A DNA stretch of 64,000 nucleotides from assembly GCA_963836185.1 (NCBI GenBank), contig CAWIIQ010000001.1, forward strand, positions 1,120,001 to 1,184,000. The letters are read 5' to 3'. Origin of the DNA: Candidatus Krumholzibacteriia bacterium. Its GTDB lineage: Bacteria > Krumholzibacteriota > Krumholzibacteriia > Krumholzibacteriales > Krumholzibacteriaceae. The position numbers and the translations under genes are program-made. This document shows, one piece after another, positions 50,901 to 61,200 of this stretch. A model generated the notes under the pieces. It saw nothing but the letters and a program-made list of their open reading frames with translations. It did not search any database and was not told where the DNA came from. Position 1 is the first letter of the stretch. Each line of letters begins with the position of its first letter.

Positions 50901-52630
50901 CCGACTGCGGCATCGGTCGATTCGAGTGTCGATCCGCGCTGCATGACGAGGAAGATATCGAACGATCCCGTTTCCTCGATCGTCGAGGAGCCGATACTGA
51001 GGCTGATACATAGTATGATGCTGATGAAAAAGATGATTATCGCGCCGACTGTCGTCCGGGCAGGGTATCTCATCCCCGTCTTGAGAAGGACGTGGTAGAT
51101 CTCCATCAGTCTTCCGCCCGATGACGAAGCGGGGGTGTAGTCGTGCCTCTTTCCCCTGGAAAGGAAGTAGTGGCTGACCATCGGCACGAGCAGGAGGGCT
51201 GCCACGAGCGATACGAGAAGGGTCGATACTATCGATACACCCACATGCTTCCCGAGACTCTGCACGATGATGTTCGACGAGAATACGAAGGGGAGGAATA
51301 CCGTGATCGTAGTCGCCGTCGCAGCTACGATCGAGCGCCATACCTCGCTCACCCCCTGGACCACCGCTGTGTCGGCGTTGAGGCCCTTCGAGACGAGCCT
51401 GTATATGTTCTCCAGGACGACGACGCCGTTGTCGAGAAGCATCCCGATGGCAAGCGCTATACCGATCAGGGTCAGGCTGTTTATCGATATACCAGCAGCG
51501 TAGAAGAAGTTCATCGCGATATAGACCGAGATAGGGATCGACAGGGCGATGACGAATACGAGCCGCAGGTTCCTCAGGAAGAACCAGAGGATCACTATGG
51601 CGAGCAGTCCGCCGATCACTGCGAGCCTTACTATCAGGCTGATATTGTCCCGGATCGATTCGGCTCCGTCGTACTGGACGACGAGCTCCATCTCCTGGCT
51701 CTTTATCTCTCTGTTGATCCTTTCGACTGCCTCCAGGGCCCGGTTGGAGACATCGATCATGTTGACCATCTGGTCCTTCTTGAGGGTCAGCGAGACGGAC
51801 TCCATCCCGTTTACCCTTGTGATGCTTTCCTGCTTCTTGACTCCGAAGTAGATCTCCGCTATGTCGCCGAGCAGTACGGGACCCTCGGGATGGACGACGA
51901 TATTCTCGAGGTCGGTCAGGTCGAGATACTCGGTCACAACGTTGACGAAATATTTCCGATCCTTCTCGACAGCGTGGCCGACGAATCTGTTCGAGGCTCC
52001 GTTGCTCGATATGAGTCTCGAGATCCTCGAAGGGGTAAGTCCGTACGCTTCGATAGCGGCGTCATCGAGGACGATGTCGACCGACTTTTCGCGCCCTCCG
52101 GAGACCTCGACGTCGGAGATACCCTCGATACTTTCAAACTTCTGCACGATCTCCCGGTCGACAACCTCACGGACGCGTTCAAGTCCGCCGGTTCCTCTGA
52201 CTTCGAGCCTCATCAGCTCGTTCGATATCGACTGGACATCGAACTGGAAGACCTGGACGATATACTCTTCGGGTATCGTCGACCTTATCTCGGTGATCTT
52301 CTCCTCGAGCTTGAGGTAGGCGTACTTGACGTCGATCCCTTGTTCATACTCGATTGTTATGCTGGCGCGTCCGCGGCTGACCCAGGATTCGATCTTCTCG
52401 ATTCCCTCGAGAGTGCCCGCGGCCTCCTCGATCGGGATGACCGCTTCCTTCTCGAGTTGGACAGGATCGACGGGCCGGGAGCGGACCATCACGACGAGGT
52501 AGGGAAATTCGATGTCTGGGATAAGCTCGACGGGGAGCCGTCTCTGCGAGATGACACCCAGCATCACAAGCCCGATGAAGAGCATGCTGATAAGGGTCTT
52601 GCGGCGGATTATGAAATTGCCAGCGCTCAT
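47906..52630 (-). CDS. RND efflux permease fused to extra TM helices and a complete ABC ATPase domain (1574 aa)
   Basis: RND motifs LPVELIP, GMLLDNGVVVLEN, YMILASVFES, GVVVNNGIILID and RVRPILIT. ABC motifs GPNGAGKT, GYLPQ, FSGGMKQR, ILVVDEPTAGLDP and STH. Confidence 0.9.
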   Translation of the reverse strand: MSAGNFIIRRKTLISMLFIGLVMLGVISQRRLPVELIPDIEFPYLVVMVRSRPVDPVQLEKEAVIPIEEAAGTLEGIEKIESWVSRGRASITIEYEQGIDVKYAYLKLEEKITEIRSTIPEEYIVQVFQFDVQSISNELMRLEVRGTGGLERVREVVDREIVQKFESIEGISDVEVSGGREKSVDIVLDDAAIEAYGLTPSRISRLISSNGASNRFVGHAVEKDRKYFVNVVTEYLDLTDLENIVVHPEGPVLLGDIAEIYFGVKKQESITRVNGMESVSLTLKKDQMVNMIDVSNRALEAVERINREIKSQEMELVVQYDGAESIRDNISLIVRLAVIGGLLAIVILWFFLRNLRLVFVIALSIPISVYIAMNFFYAAGISINSLTLIGIALAIGMLLDNGVVVLENIYRLVSKGLNADTAVVQGVSEVWRSIVAATATTITVFLPFVFSSNIIVQSLGKHVGVSIVSTLLVSLVAALLLVPMVSHYFLSRGKRHDYTPASSSGGRLMEIYHVLLKTGMRYPARTTVGAIIIFFISIILCISLSIGSSTIEETGSFDIFLVMQRGSTLESTDAAVGDMEERLTGIAETEDLFVEVHEEDARLTLVMKEDYTEIDGRSIHEVKSDARQRLHDFRTGDVSFEEPSNSTRYRGRRGGGMGGAMGGFFGLGGQQKSIVVKGNDFEAMSMFASNLVEYVDNLASTASANFDVTPGSPEIQLMFDMPMLSWHGLTLNSIGMELNSFQPEYSTGQVFKDGTDEYEIIIRSDGVEERSADELREMSLESPSGAIVDLEDITDVVYTRGMTSINRVNQEKQVKITYSFIDEINGSRNLQEAAELEIEELIAGLVVPQGMAVEIVEEDTGIDEFKFLILAAFILIYMILASVFESLTTPVVMMFTIPLAAIGSLWLLIFTRTSIVDPYTMTGFLILLGVVVNNGIILIDYSLILKRRGYRTTRALITAGDARVRPILITAITTIVAMIPLAMGKEEEISVIGAPFAITVIGGLTVSTIFTLVFIPVVYSGLDSAMAWIRGLDIRIKLGQLVAGVLGIWLVQVKIESLIWRSALFATVVLLVPAVTWFILASLRKASEKVIDRKSAITITVRNLVKIYDQPSKFMREWNKGNRIRERRGDIRTSDAGDLLWQLPVLGFMVYFIYFYLSSFFWAFVLSHALFFFLIYAWKCWSAQLSRFRIARTISKSFIWLFPLVNLVIFYMKWGNLAAVIFIAILWFPAAAIFSTSRRLHRKKINIARVEGRFAGIRRALYRLVLMIPLIGKRKQQFKALDRVSLEIGSGMFGLLGPNGAGKTTLMRVICGILDQSYGKVYINGIDTSKKREELQGLIGYLPQEFGTYENMTAREFLDYQAILKGLGDEKKRREMVDYVLEAVHIEEHAERKIGAFSGGMKQRVGIAQILLHLPRILVVDEPTAGLDPRERIRFRNLLVELSRERVVIFSTHIIEDIYSSCNRVAVLNRGQLLYLDEPTKMTATAAGKVWTFSVPPGDFERIRKEHVVVHHMRDGEMIKVRCLADASPVPDAHEARPTLEDAYLWLLRSSGSDILGARTAIEEAAGGEADAQV

Positions 52631-55600
52631 CGGCTCCGATCCAGGACGGAATAGACACAGGGTATTACTATGAGTGTAAGTAAGGTCGATGTCACCAGGC
52701 CGCCGATAACCGCCAGCGCCATCGGTGAGCGGAGTGAAGCTCCTTCGCCGAATCCCAGGGTTAGGGGGAGGAGGGCGAGGATCGTCGTGGCGCTCGTCAT
52801 GATGATCGGCCGTATCCTGATCCTTCCTGCGGCTACTATCGCGTCAGCTTTCGCCATACCCTCGCGCCTGAACCTGTTGATCGCGTCGATAAGGATGATC
52901 GAATCGTTTACCGCGATGCCGACGAGCATGATGATGCCGATGTAGGCCATGATGCTCAGCGGACGGCCGAGGATGAAGAAGATCAGCACCGCGCCGACAC
53001 CGGCGAGCGGGATCGTCAGCAGGATCGCGAACGGATGGATCAGCGACTCGAACTGCGAGGCGAGGACCATGTAGACGAGTATTATCGACAGCAGAAGGGC
53101 GAACCGGAGATCGCGGAACTCCTCCTGCCTGCGGGCCTCCTCGCCTGTGATCGCGAGTCTGTAACCTTGAGGGACATCAAGTGACGCGAAGTTGCTGTTG
53201 ATCTCCCCGATGGCGTGGTCGAAGGGCCTGCCCTCGTTCTTGTGCGCCGAGACGATAGCTGCTCTCATCTGTCCGCGTCTGTTAATCTCGCGCGGGGCGG
53301 TGCCTCTTTCGAGGCGGGCAAGTTCATCGACCCGGAACTTTCTCCCCGATGAATCGATATATATCCTGTCGAGTTCCCCGATGCTCACATCGGGAAGCAT
53401 CACCGTGATGTCTGTTTTTTCTCCGCCACGGTCCCATTCTCCGGCGCTTCGTCCGGTGAGCCGGGACTCGAGCGTCCCGGTGACCTCGCCGAGGCTGACC
53501 TGGAGCATCCCCGCCCTGAGGCGGTCGACTACGACATTTATCTCTGGCCGTCCGTGCTCAAGCGACGTCTCGACATTATAGAGGTCGTCTATGCCGGCGA
53601 GCCGTCCCTTTACATCTTCAGCCATGCTCGTGAGAGTCTCGAGGTCGTCCCCCTTGATCTCGACGACGATCGGGGCGGATTCGGCCCCGAGGATCGAGCG
53701 AAGGGCTGTCTGGTCCTGTACGAGTCTTGACTCGACTCCCGGTATCGATGACAGCGTTGCTCCGAGGCCCGCCATGACCTGGCCCGAACTACGGCCGTGT
53801 CCTTCCGCAAAGCGGATCTTGACGACAGCTGTGTTCTCGTCCTGGAAGACAGAGGTCACGTCGCTGCCGATACCTGTTACCGGCCCGGCAGTGCTGAAAA
53901 GGGTCTCGATGTCGTCGCCGAAGGTGCCCCTGATCATCTCTTCGAGTCCCCTTACCGTGCCGTCTGTCCTCGTGAGGTCGGAACCTTCAGGCAGGGTGAG
54001 GTATATCGAGTACTCGTCGGCGTCGGAATCGGGAATGAACTCGCTGCCGACTATCGGCAGGAGGAGGGCCGCAATGACTACGAGCGCGACGGCTGCGATG
54101 ATGACCGTCCAGCGTTTCTCGAGGGCCTTTGCCAGGAGAGCGCCGTACCGTTCGAATTTCATTGGTTCGGCCGCAGCTGCCTTATCCTTCCCCTTCAGGA
54201 ACCTTGCGGCGAGCATCGGGATGATCAGTATCGCGACGGCGAGGGAGGAGAGAAGGGCGAATGCGACTGTCCATGCCTGATCCTTGAAGAGTTCTCCCGC
54301 GGCGCCGTGGAGGTATACTATCGGGAGGAATACGACGATCGTCGTTATCGTCGATGCCGTGATCGCGCCGCCGACCTGCGCCGTACCGGAGGCCGCTGCC
54401 TCCCTGACGCTCATCCCCGATTCGATATTTCTTACGATATTCTCGACGACGACGATGGCATTGTCGACGAGCATCCCCGCTCCGAGGGCGAGCCCCCCGA
54501 GTGTCATTATATTGAGCGACAGCCCCTTGAAGTACATCAGGTTGAAGGTCGCTACTATCGAGACAGGTATCGAGATGCTGATGATCGCCGTGGTACCTAT
54601 CCTTCTGAGGAATACGAAGAGTATCAGTATCGCGAGAAAGATCCCGATGAGCGCGGTCTGCCTGACCTCGCCTATCGAGGCGTTGATGAACTGCCCCTGA
54701 TCCTGGATGACGACGATCTCGTATCCGGGGAGGGCTTTCTCGATACGGTCGAGGGCGACGGCCAGATTCTCGCTCGCCTCAACCGTGTTGAATCTCATCT
54801 CCTTGTATATCGAAAGTCCGAGGGCCCTCGTGCCGTTGAGCCTGACGATGTTCTCCGGCTCCCTGTTGCGCAGCGAGACGTCGGCAACGTCATGGAGGTA
54901 TACAGGCGCCTTCTCGGTCGAGCTTTCAGCCTGTTGCCCAGTGCCGGATGAGAGCTGCTGGCCCTCGGCCGGTTCTTTCCAGGCGAGGATGATCTGCCTG
55001 ATATCCTCGATCGTCTCCATCTCCGAGACGCCCTTGATCAGGTACGATATCCCCATCTCGGTGACGGTGCCGCCGGAAGCCTCGACATTGTAATTCTGTA
55101 TCTCGGCCGCGATGGCATCGACGGTCAGGCCGTACGCTTCGAGCATGTACGAATCTGTGAGTACGATCACTTCCTTCGTCTCGCCGCCCGATATCTCGAC
55201 ACCTGCGATACCCTCGATACGCACCAGCTCGTTACGGATGTAGTTCTCCGCAATCCTGCGAGGGCCGTCCATGTCGGTCACTTCCGGATTGACCAGGGCT
55301 ACCGTCATCACGGGATCGGAGTTTGCGTCGTGCTGGGTTATCGTCATCTCGAGGTCGGAGTCACCCTGCCCGAAGTCGGCCGCGGCCTTCTGCAGATTGA
55401 GGAAGGCCTCGTCCATGTCCATGTCCCAGCCGTACTCGACCGTGATCCTCGCAGCACCGACTCTTATCACGGAGGATACCTCCGTAACGCCCTTCTGCGT
55501 GAAGATCATGTTCTCCATCTGATCGACGTACTGCTTCTCCATCTCCTCGGGAGGGCGCTCGCCCGCCTCGACTTCGATGAAGAGGCGCGGGTTGTTCAGG

Positions 55601-55719
55601 TCGGGGAAGAGGTCGATACCGAGTCGCTGGAACGATATCCAGCCGAGCAGGAACACCCCGAGGACGATCATCGTCACCGTGACCGGATGGTTGACGGAAA
55701 AGTCCGAAATCTTCCTCAT
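52627..55719 (-). CDS. RND efflux permease (AcrB/SwrC-like)
   Basis: LGIDLFP, NIMTLGGLALGAGMLVDNAIVVVEN, YMVLASQFES, RIRPIIMT and PMALAVIGGL motifs. Confidence 0.93.
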   Translation of the reverse strand: MRKISDFSVNHPVTVTMIVLGVFLLGWISFQRLGIDLFPDLNNPRLFIEVEAGERPPEEMEKQYVDQMENMIFTQKGVTEVSSVIRVGAARITVEYGWDMDMDEAFLNLQKAAADFGQGDSDLEMTITQHDANSDPVMTVALVNPEVTDMDGPRRIAENYIRNELVRIEGIAGVEISGGETKEVIVLTDSYMLEAYGLTVDAIAAEIQNYNVEASGGTVTEMGISYLIKGVSEMETIEDIRQIILAWKEPAEGQQLSSGTGQQAESSTEKAPVYLHDVADVSLRNREPENIVRLNGTRALGLSIYKEMRFNTVEASENLAVALDRIEKALPGYEIVVIQDQGQFINASIGEVRQTALIGIFLAILILFVFLRRIGTTAIISISIPVSIVATFNLMYFKGLSLNIMTLGGLALGAGMLVDNAIVVVENIVRNIESGMSVREAAASGTAQVGGAITASTITTIVVFLPIVYLHGAAGELFKDQAWTVAFALLSSLAVAILIIPMLAARFLKGKDKAAAAEPMKFERYGALLAKALEKRWTVIIAAVALVVIAALLLPIVGSEFIPDSDADEYSIYLTLPEGSDLTRTDGTVRGLEEMIRGTFGDDIETLFSTAGPVTGIGSDVTSVFQDENTAVVKIRFAEGHGRSSGQVMAGLGATLSSIPGVESRLVQDQTALRSILGAESAPIVVEIKGDDLETLTSMAEDVKGRLAGIDDLYNVETSLEHGRPEINVVVDRLRAGMLQVSLGEVTGTLESRLTGRSAGEWDRGGEKTDITVMLPDVSIGELDRIYIDSSGRKFRVDELARLERGTAPREINRRGQMRAAIVSAHKNEGRPFDHAIGEINSNFASLDVPQGYRLAITGEEARRQEEFRDLRFALLLSIILVYMVLASQFESLIHPFAILLTIPLAGVGAVLIFFILGRPLSIMAYIGIIMLVGIAVNDSIILIDAINRFRREGMAKADAIVAAGRIRIRPIIMTSATTILALLPLTLGFGEGASLRSPMALAVIGGLVTSTLLTLIVIPCVYSVLDRSR

Positions 55720-56768
55720 TACCTCACGACCTTTACCTTTGACCTGTTCCTCAGTGTCTCGAATCCTCTCACTACGAGCCGGTCATTGACATCGAGCCCG
55801 TCGATCACCTCGACCCAGCCGGGGTTCTCGAGGCCCGTCGTTATGATCCGCTCCTGCGCGGCGCCCTTCTGCACGATAAATACGGTCTTGCCGCGCTGCT
55901 TGATCTGTATGACATCCTTCGGGATTACGATCGCTGAGTCGCTCCTGGCGACGATGATCTCCGCCTTGACGAACATGCCCGGCCTGATCATCAGTTCCGG
56001 ATTGTCGACCTCGATCATCGCCTTGAACGATCTCGAGGCGGGGTCGAGGGCGGGGGAGACCTGTGTGACCCTGCCCGACAGGGTGTCGTCGGGAAGTGTG
56101 TAGTTCATTATGCGGACGTACTGGTCGGCGCCTGCACGGCCGAGTTCTTTGCCCGGGAGGCTGACCTCGAGCTGAAGCTTCGTGTACTCCTTCAGGCCGA
56201 GCAGCTCGACTCCGACTCCAACCTCGATACCCTTCGAGTAGTAAGGTAGGCTCGTGATGATGCCGTCGAAGGGGGCGGTGATGTTGAGCTTGGCGATACT
56301 GATCAGGGCATTGTCGTAGTTGTACTTCGCGTCTATGTAGTAACGCTCGGCAGCGGTGAGATCGGTACGGGTTATCCCGCCCTTGTCATACAGCGACTTC
56401 TGCTGCTCGAAATCAAGTTTCGCCGATTCAAGTGTGAGCTTGTGGGCGTCGACCCTGATATTGTTTACCTGTTCCTGGTCGACGAGGCGGATGATCCTCG
56501 TCCCTTTCCTGACGATATCGCCCAGGGCGAATGGCCTGCCCGTCTCAGGGTTGTCCTGGAGGTTGTACTCGCCGCCCGTCTCCGCGGTTATCGTCACTTC
56601 CATCGAGGCGTTGACCGTTCCGGTCGCAGTGACGAACTCTTCGATAGGCCCGAGGACCATCTCTTCGACCGAGACGGGGACCGCGACCTCGACGTCCACC
56701 CCATCTTCTCCGCTGTCGCAGGAGGCGAACACGGAAAGGACGATCAATAACAGTGTTATTCTCTTCAC
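55719..56768 (-). CDS. RND periplasmic adaptor (MFP), lipoprotein
   Basis: VFASC lipobox; ITAPFDGII, G.V..VSP.LDP.SR, IRPGMF and EVIDGL..DRLVV.G motifs. Confidence 0.92.
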   Translation of the reverse strand: MKRITLLLIVLSVFASCDSGEDGVDVEVAVPVSVEEMVLGPIEEFVTATGTVNASMEVTITAETGGEYNLQDNPETGRPFALGDIVRKGTRIIRLVDQEQVNNIRVDAHKLTLESAKLDFEQQKSLYDKGGITRTDLTAAERYYIDAKYNYDNALISIAKLNITAPFDGIITSLPYYSKGIEVGVGVELLGLKEYTKLQLEVSLPGKELGRAGADQYVRIMNYTLPDDTLSGRVTQVSPALDPASRSFKAMIEVDNPELMIRPGMFVKAEIIVARSDSAIVIPKDVIQIKQRGKTVFIVQKGAAQERIITTGLENPGWVEVIDGLDVNDRLVVRGFETLRNRSKVKVVR

Positions 56769-56771
56769 TTC

Positions 56772-58271
56772 TTACTCCTCTGTCAATTCAGCGGTAGAGA
56801 CAGTGACCACCGGCTGGTCGTTCTCGAAATCCCACAATGATTTTATCTTCAGGTCCAGCAGCTGTAGTTTGTAATCGATAAGCGACTGTACCTCGCTGAG
56901 CCTTGCGTTCGACAGTGACTGCCTGTACTGGCCGAGGTCCTTGCTCGTCAGGTCGCCGTTCTGGTATTTCTCGAGGTTGATCTCGTACGTCTTCTCTGCG
57001 CTCTCGACCTGTCTCCGGGCCAGATCGATCTCGAGGACGAGGTTGTCGAGCCGCCTGCACGATTCGCGGACCTCCATCTTTATCCGGTATTTCTGCTCAT
57101 CAAGACTAAGCTTGGTGCTCTCCAGGTCGAGCTCACTCGCGAGGATCGTGTTCTTCTTCTGTCCCCAGTCCCATATCGGGATGTCGAAGGCAACGCTGAC
57201 GAACTGCTCGTCGACGCGGGTCTCGTAGATATTCTCGAAATTTGAATTTGTCCCGGATGATCCCCACGAGAGGGCGAGGTTCCCCTTGAACTCGTTCGTC
57301 GCCCCGGCTCGGATAACGTTGTCGTAGGCACTGGCGATAGAGATCTCATGTTCCCGGATCTGCATCCTGTACTGGAGGCCGTGCTTCTCGGCGAACTCCA
57401 TGTCGATGCCGACCGGAGTGAAGCCGATATCTGTATCTATGTCGATATCATCCTCGATAGGGAGGCCGATGAGGTACTTGAACCGATCGACGGCGTTGGC
57501 GAGCGCAACGACGGTGCTGTTATAGCTCGATTCGCTCGAGAGCATCGTAGTCTCAGCCTGTGTGAGATCGTCGAGCTTTCCGATCCCCGCGTCGTACTTG
57601 TTCTTCATGACCCGGTAGTTCTCTCGGTCCGTCTCCATCGCGTCGCGGTTGATCTCGAGACGCATCTTCGTGGCGTAGAGACTGTAGAAGCTGTCCATCA
57701 CCGTCTGTTCGAGGTCGAGCTGTGCGATCGCTAGCCGGAGCAGGTTCGACTCGAAATTCAGCTCGAGCGACCTGAGGTCCATTCTGATCTGGTTGTACGT
57801 AAAGAGGGGCTGGTCGAACTGGAGATAAAGGGCGTTTCGGTAAGTCTCCTCGGACTGGTCGTTGATCTCGCTGTATGAATCCTTCCAGGAGAGGCGGTCA
57901 TTGAGCGAGAGTGTGCCGCCTGTCCACTTGATCGGCTGTTCAATTACCAGGAGTCCGGCGATATCGTACGATTCATAACGGTACCAGGTGGAGAAGAACT
58001 CGTCGAACTGGTTCGTGTTCCTGTACGAGATATCACCCAGCCTGAACCTGAACTGGGTCTTAAGGCTCGCTTCCCGTGCCTTCAGCCTCGCATGGCTCGA
58101 CTCGACCCCTAGCCGCGTGTGCCTGATGTTCGGGCTGTTCTCCATCGCTATTGAGAGGGCCTCGTCGAGTGACAGGATGTGCTGGGCCCGCGCTCCGGGC
58201 GGCGCGGCAGCCAGGAGCAGCACGGCGAGCATTAATATGCCCGCTCCCCTGGTAAACGGTCTCGATCTCAT
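56772..58271 (-). CDS. TolC family outer-membrane channel
   Basis: Signal peptide; LSLDEAL..A.ENSP, QPL, IPIWDWG and KYQNG..T..D motifs. Confidence 0.9.
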   Translation of the reverse strand: MRSRPFTRGAGILMLAVLLLAAAPPGARAQHILSLDEALSIAMENSPNIRHTRLGVESSHARLKAREASLKTQFRFRLGDISYRNTNQFDEFFSTWYRYESYDIAGLLVIEQPIKWTGGTLSLNDRLSWKDSYSEINDQSEETYRNALYLQFDQPLFTYNQIRMDLRSLELNFESNLLRLAIAQLDLEQTVMDSFYSLYATKMRLEINRDAMETDRENYRVMKNKYDAGIGKLDDLTQAETTMLSSESSYNSTVVALANAVDRFKYLIGLPIEDDIDIDTDIGFTPVGIDMEFAEKHGLQYRMQIREHEISIASAYDNVIRAGATNEFKGNLALSWGSSGTNSNFENIYETRVDEQFVSVAFDIPIWDWGQKKNTILASELDLESTKLSLDEQKYRIKMEVRESCRRLDNLVLEIDLARRQVESAEKTYEINLEKYQNGDLTSKDLGQYRQSLSNARLSEVQSLIDYKLQLLDLKIKSLWDFENDQPVVTVSTAELTEE

Positions 58272-58284
58272 CTGGATTTCCTTT

Positions 58285-61200
58285 CTAGCGTAATACCCAT
58301 TTGACCGCGTCGGCGATGACCTTCTCGGCATCCGATTCGTTGGTCAGCTCTATTTTAGCCTCTCCCTGGGAGATGTAGTATGAGCCGAGATAGTTCCAGC
58401 CGTCGTCGGCGCCGTTGAGGTCGAGTTCGGTCTCCTCGATCCCGTCATCGTGATATATGAGGAAGTGGAGTTTTCCGTAATTCTCCTCGTGATCCCCGCC
58501 CCTGTGTCTCCTCCAGGGGGCTGTGATTTTGGCTGCATGATAGTAGATGTCGTAATGCCCGCTCTTTTTCATGTCAGTGGTGAACGCGGCTTTGAGATCC
58601 CCTTTCCCGGCCGATATGAAATGGGCCGAACGGATCTGGTTCCCGTAGAACTTCGAGTCGATCGTCGGCTGCCATTTATTTGTCTCGCCACCCCAGAAAC
58701 GCATCCCGACATATTTCACATCTTCCTCGCGCTCGCCGCGGGGGATAAGTCTCTTCAGGAGGCTCCTCGAGGTGCCCGATGAGAAGGTGAATCCGGGGTC
58801 CTCGTTGTCGACCACTGTCTCTCCCTGCTCGACGAGGCTTACCGGCCTGTCGCTGATCCTCTCACCGTCGAACGGAACGGCCTTCTTCTTCTCATCGAGT
58901 TTCTTGGGCAGGTCGATGTCGAGGAGCACAGGCAGGTTGCGCGAGACGAGGGTGTTGATACTCAGCTTCGAGGGCTGGAAAGTCAGTACGAATCCCAGTT
59001 CTTTCGTCTCTCCGGCCTTTATCGGTACGTATTTGCTGTAATCCTCTCCCATCGTCATATTCGCGGTCATCATCCTCCGCATCCTGCCGCCCCTGCCTTC
59101 TCTGACGTTCAGGTCCATCTGCTGGAAAGTGAACTGGATAAGGCCGTCCGTATCCTCGCTGTTGGTCACGCTAAACCGGACCTGGAACTTCTCGCGCTCC
59201 CCGTCCAGAAAGCTGTAAATCTCGACCGACGACATCAGGAAGCCTGGAATGGCGATGTCGTCGTACCATCCCGCCGCTATCGACGGAAGGTCTATTCCGA
59301 GTCTTTCACTGAGGGCGGAGACAAGTTCATCTCCGGGCACGTTGCCGTGCTTGTGTTTGTCGAAGAGCTCGGCGAGCAGTGCATCGATATCTTCGCGGTC
59401 TGCGGCGCTTTCCATCATCCGGAAGAGGAAGCTTCCCTTCGATTTCAGGGCGTAGTGGGACATCTTCCTGTATTCCGGATCGAGAACGATGTCGCGCAGG
59501 CTCATCTTGGAAAGCTTGTCGTTTACCCTCTCCTCGATGGTCATCCCGTATCTCATCCTTGTCCAGGTCGAGGTGTTGTCCTCGAGTCTCGACGCGTACC
59601 ATGATTCGAGCGCCATGCCGAGCCACGGCATCTCCTTCGAATCTATCCCGTTGCGGAAGGTAAGCATATTGGGGAAGACGTTGAACGAAGGGGTCCTGCC
59701 GAACGGATCGTCCGAGCCCCAGTCCATCTGTCCGAAACTGCCAGTGAGGGTGCCGTTGACGAAGGCGGCCAGCCAGCCCGCCTGCGTCTCCACCTCGGAG
59801 ACATCCTCGTTGCTTCTGTCGTTCATCCTCTCCGTCCGGCGTTTCATGCGCCTGAAGTCGGTGGTCCTCCCCGTGATGCCTCTTTCCTGTATGAATACCA
59901 TCTCGGGCTGGACGTTCTCCTGGCTTACCGACCAGGCGTGGTGGAAGATGAAGAAATGAACCGGCACCTCGACCAGTGAGAATCTCGGGAAGGGGTACTC
60001 GAGATTGAGGTTGTTCTCGTAGGTCTGTCTGAGGTCCCTGATCATCGACTCCAGGGTATCCCCGACCTCGGTGAAAGACTCCGACCAGTAGTCATTTCCC
60101 CGGCGGCAGTAGATGTTGTACTCGGTCGAGTCGACCACTGTCGTCTGCCGCTCGAAGTCGGCGATGACAAGTGAGATCGCGGGGAGGGGGAATTCAGGCC
60201 TGAAGCTGAAGTTGCCCGGTGAGCCGGATGTCGATGCACCCTGGGAGACTGCCGTCAGCTGCGATGAAGTAGTGACGTCGAGTGAGAAATCGATGAAATC
60301 GTGTCTCCGGTCGAGCGGCCTCGAGGCGACGAAGCCCGGCCCGGCTGCCGGGTACCATATCGTTTCCGGGGTGAGCAGGACGCAGGACGGATGTATGTAC
60401 GAGAATCTCCTGCCCAGGTTGAAGAGCAGGGTCCAGTTGGGGGAATTGAGAGTCTCGATGTCTATGTCTGTGTATAGAGCGTCCTCGTTTATGACGCCTC
60501 TCCACCTGATCTCGAATGAATCCTCCGCGCCCGGTGCGAGGGGAGCCTGCGGCAGGACGGTCAGTACCTGTTCATCACGCTCATACTTAAGGGCCCCCGA
60601 CGATCCGGTAAGTTCCGTAACGGCCAGCCCCGGATTGAGGCTGAATATATAGGCGGAAAGGGGCGCTTCCGTATCGTTGCGCACAGTGATCTTCGCTGCC
60701 GCGTCGATCAGTCCGCCTTCATGCATGAGGTCGATCGCGCATGAGAGAGGTGTAGCCACCGGTCTCTCCGCGGCAGTCTCGGCCGCCGCCAGAACCCGCT
60801 CGCGCTGGTGCTCGGCGGTTCCATCTTTTCCCGTATAGACGACGATCAGCACGATGGCAAGCGCCGCGCAGGCAAGACCGAAGATACGGGCGAAGCCTGT
60901 CATGACCCTCGACTGGGGGAGCCTGCGGATCATGACGATAGTCAGGGCGATGAACGACAGCCCGAAGAGGAGGTAGATCGACCGCTGCACGAGCATGTGC
61001 GTGATATCGGCAAAGCCGGTGAACTGCGAGTAGGTCATGGGTACATTGAAGCCGATGTAATCGTAGACGTTGTGGATCTTCGGCCCGAGGTAGAAGAGTG
61101 TCATCCCTATATATCCGAGAAGCACTATGAATGTCACAGCCTGGTTGCGGATCGTGACCATCAGCAGGAAGGCGAATCCGAGGATGAAGATCAGTGTCGG

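Noticed and set aside
47906-52630. RND-ABC fusion as a sequencing artefact
   Set aside because: The frame is continuous with coherent TM helices in the linker, the NBD's first strand is embedded upstream of the TM insert, and the region otherwise lacks frameshifts. Read-level confirmation is still desirable.
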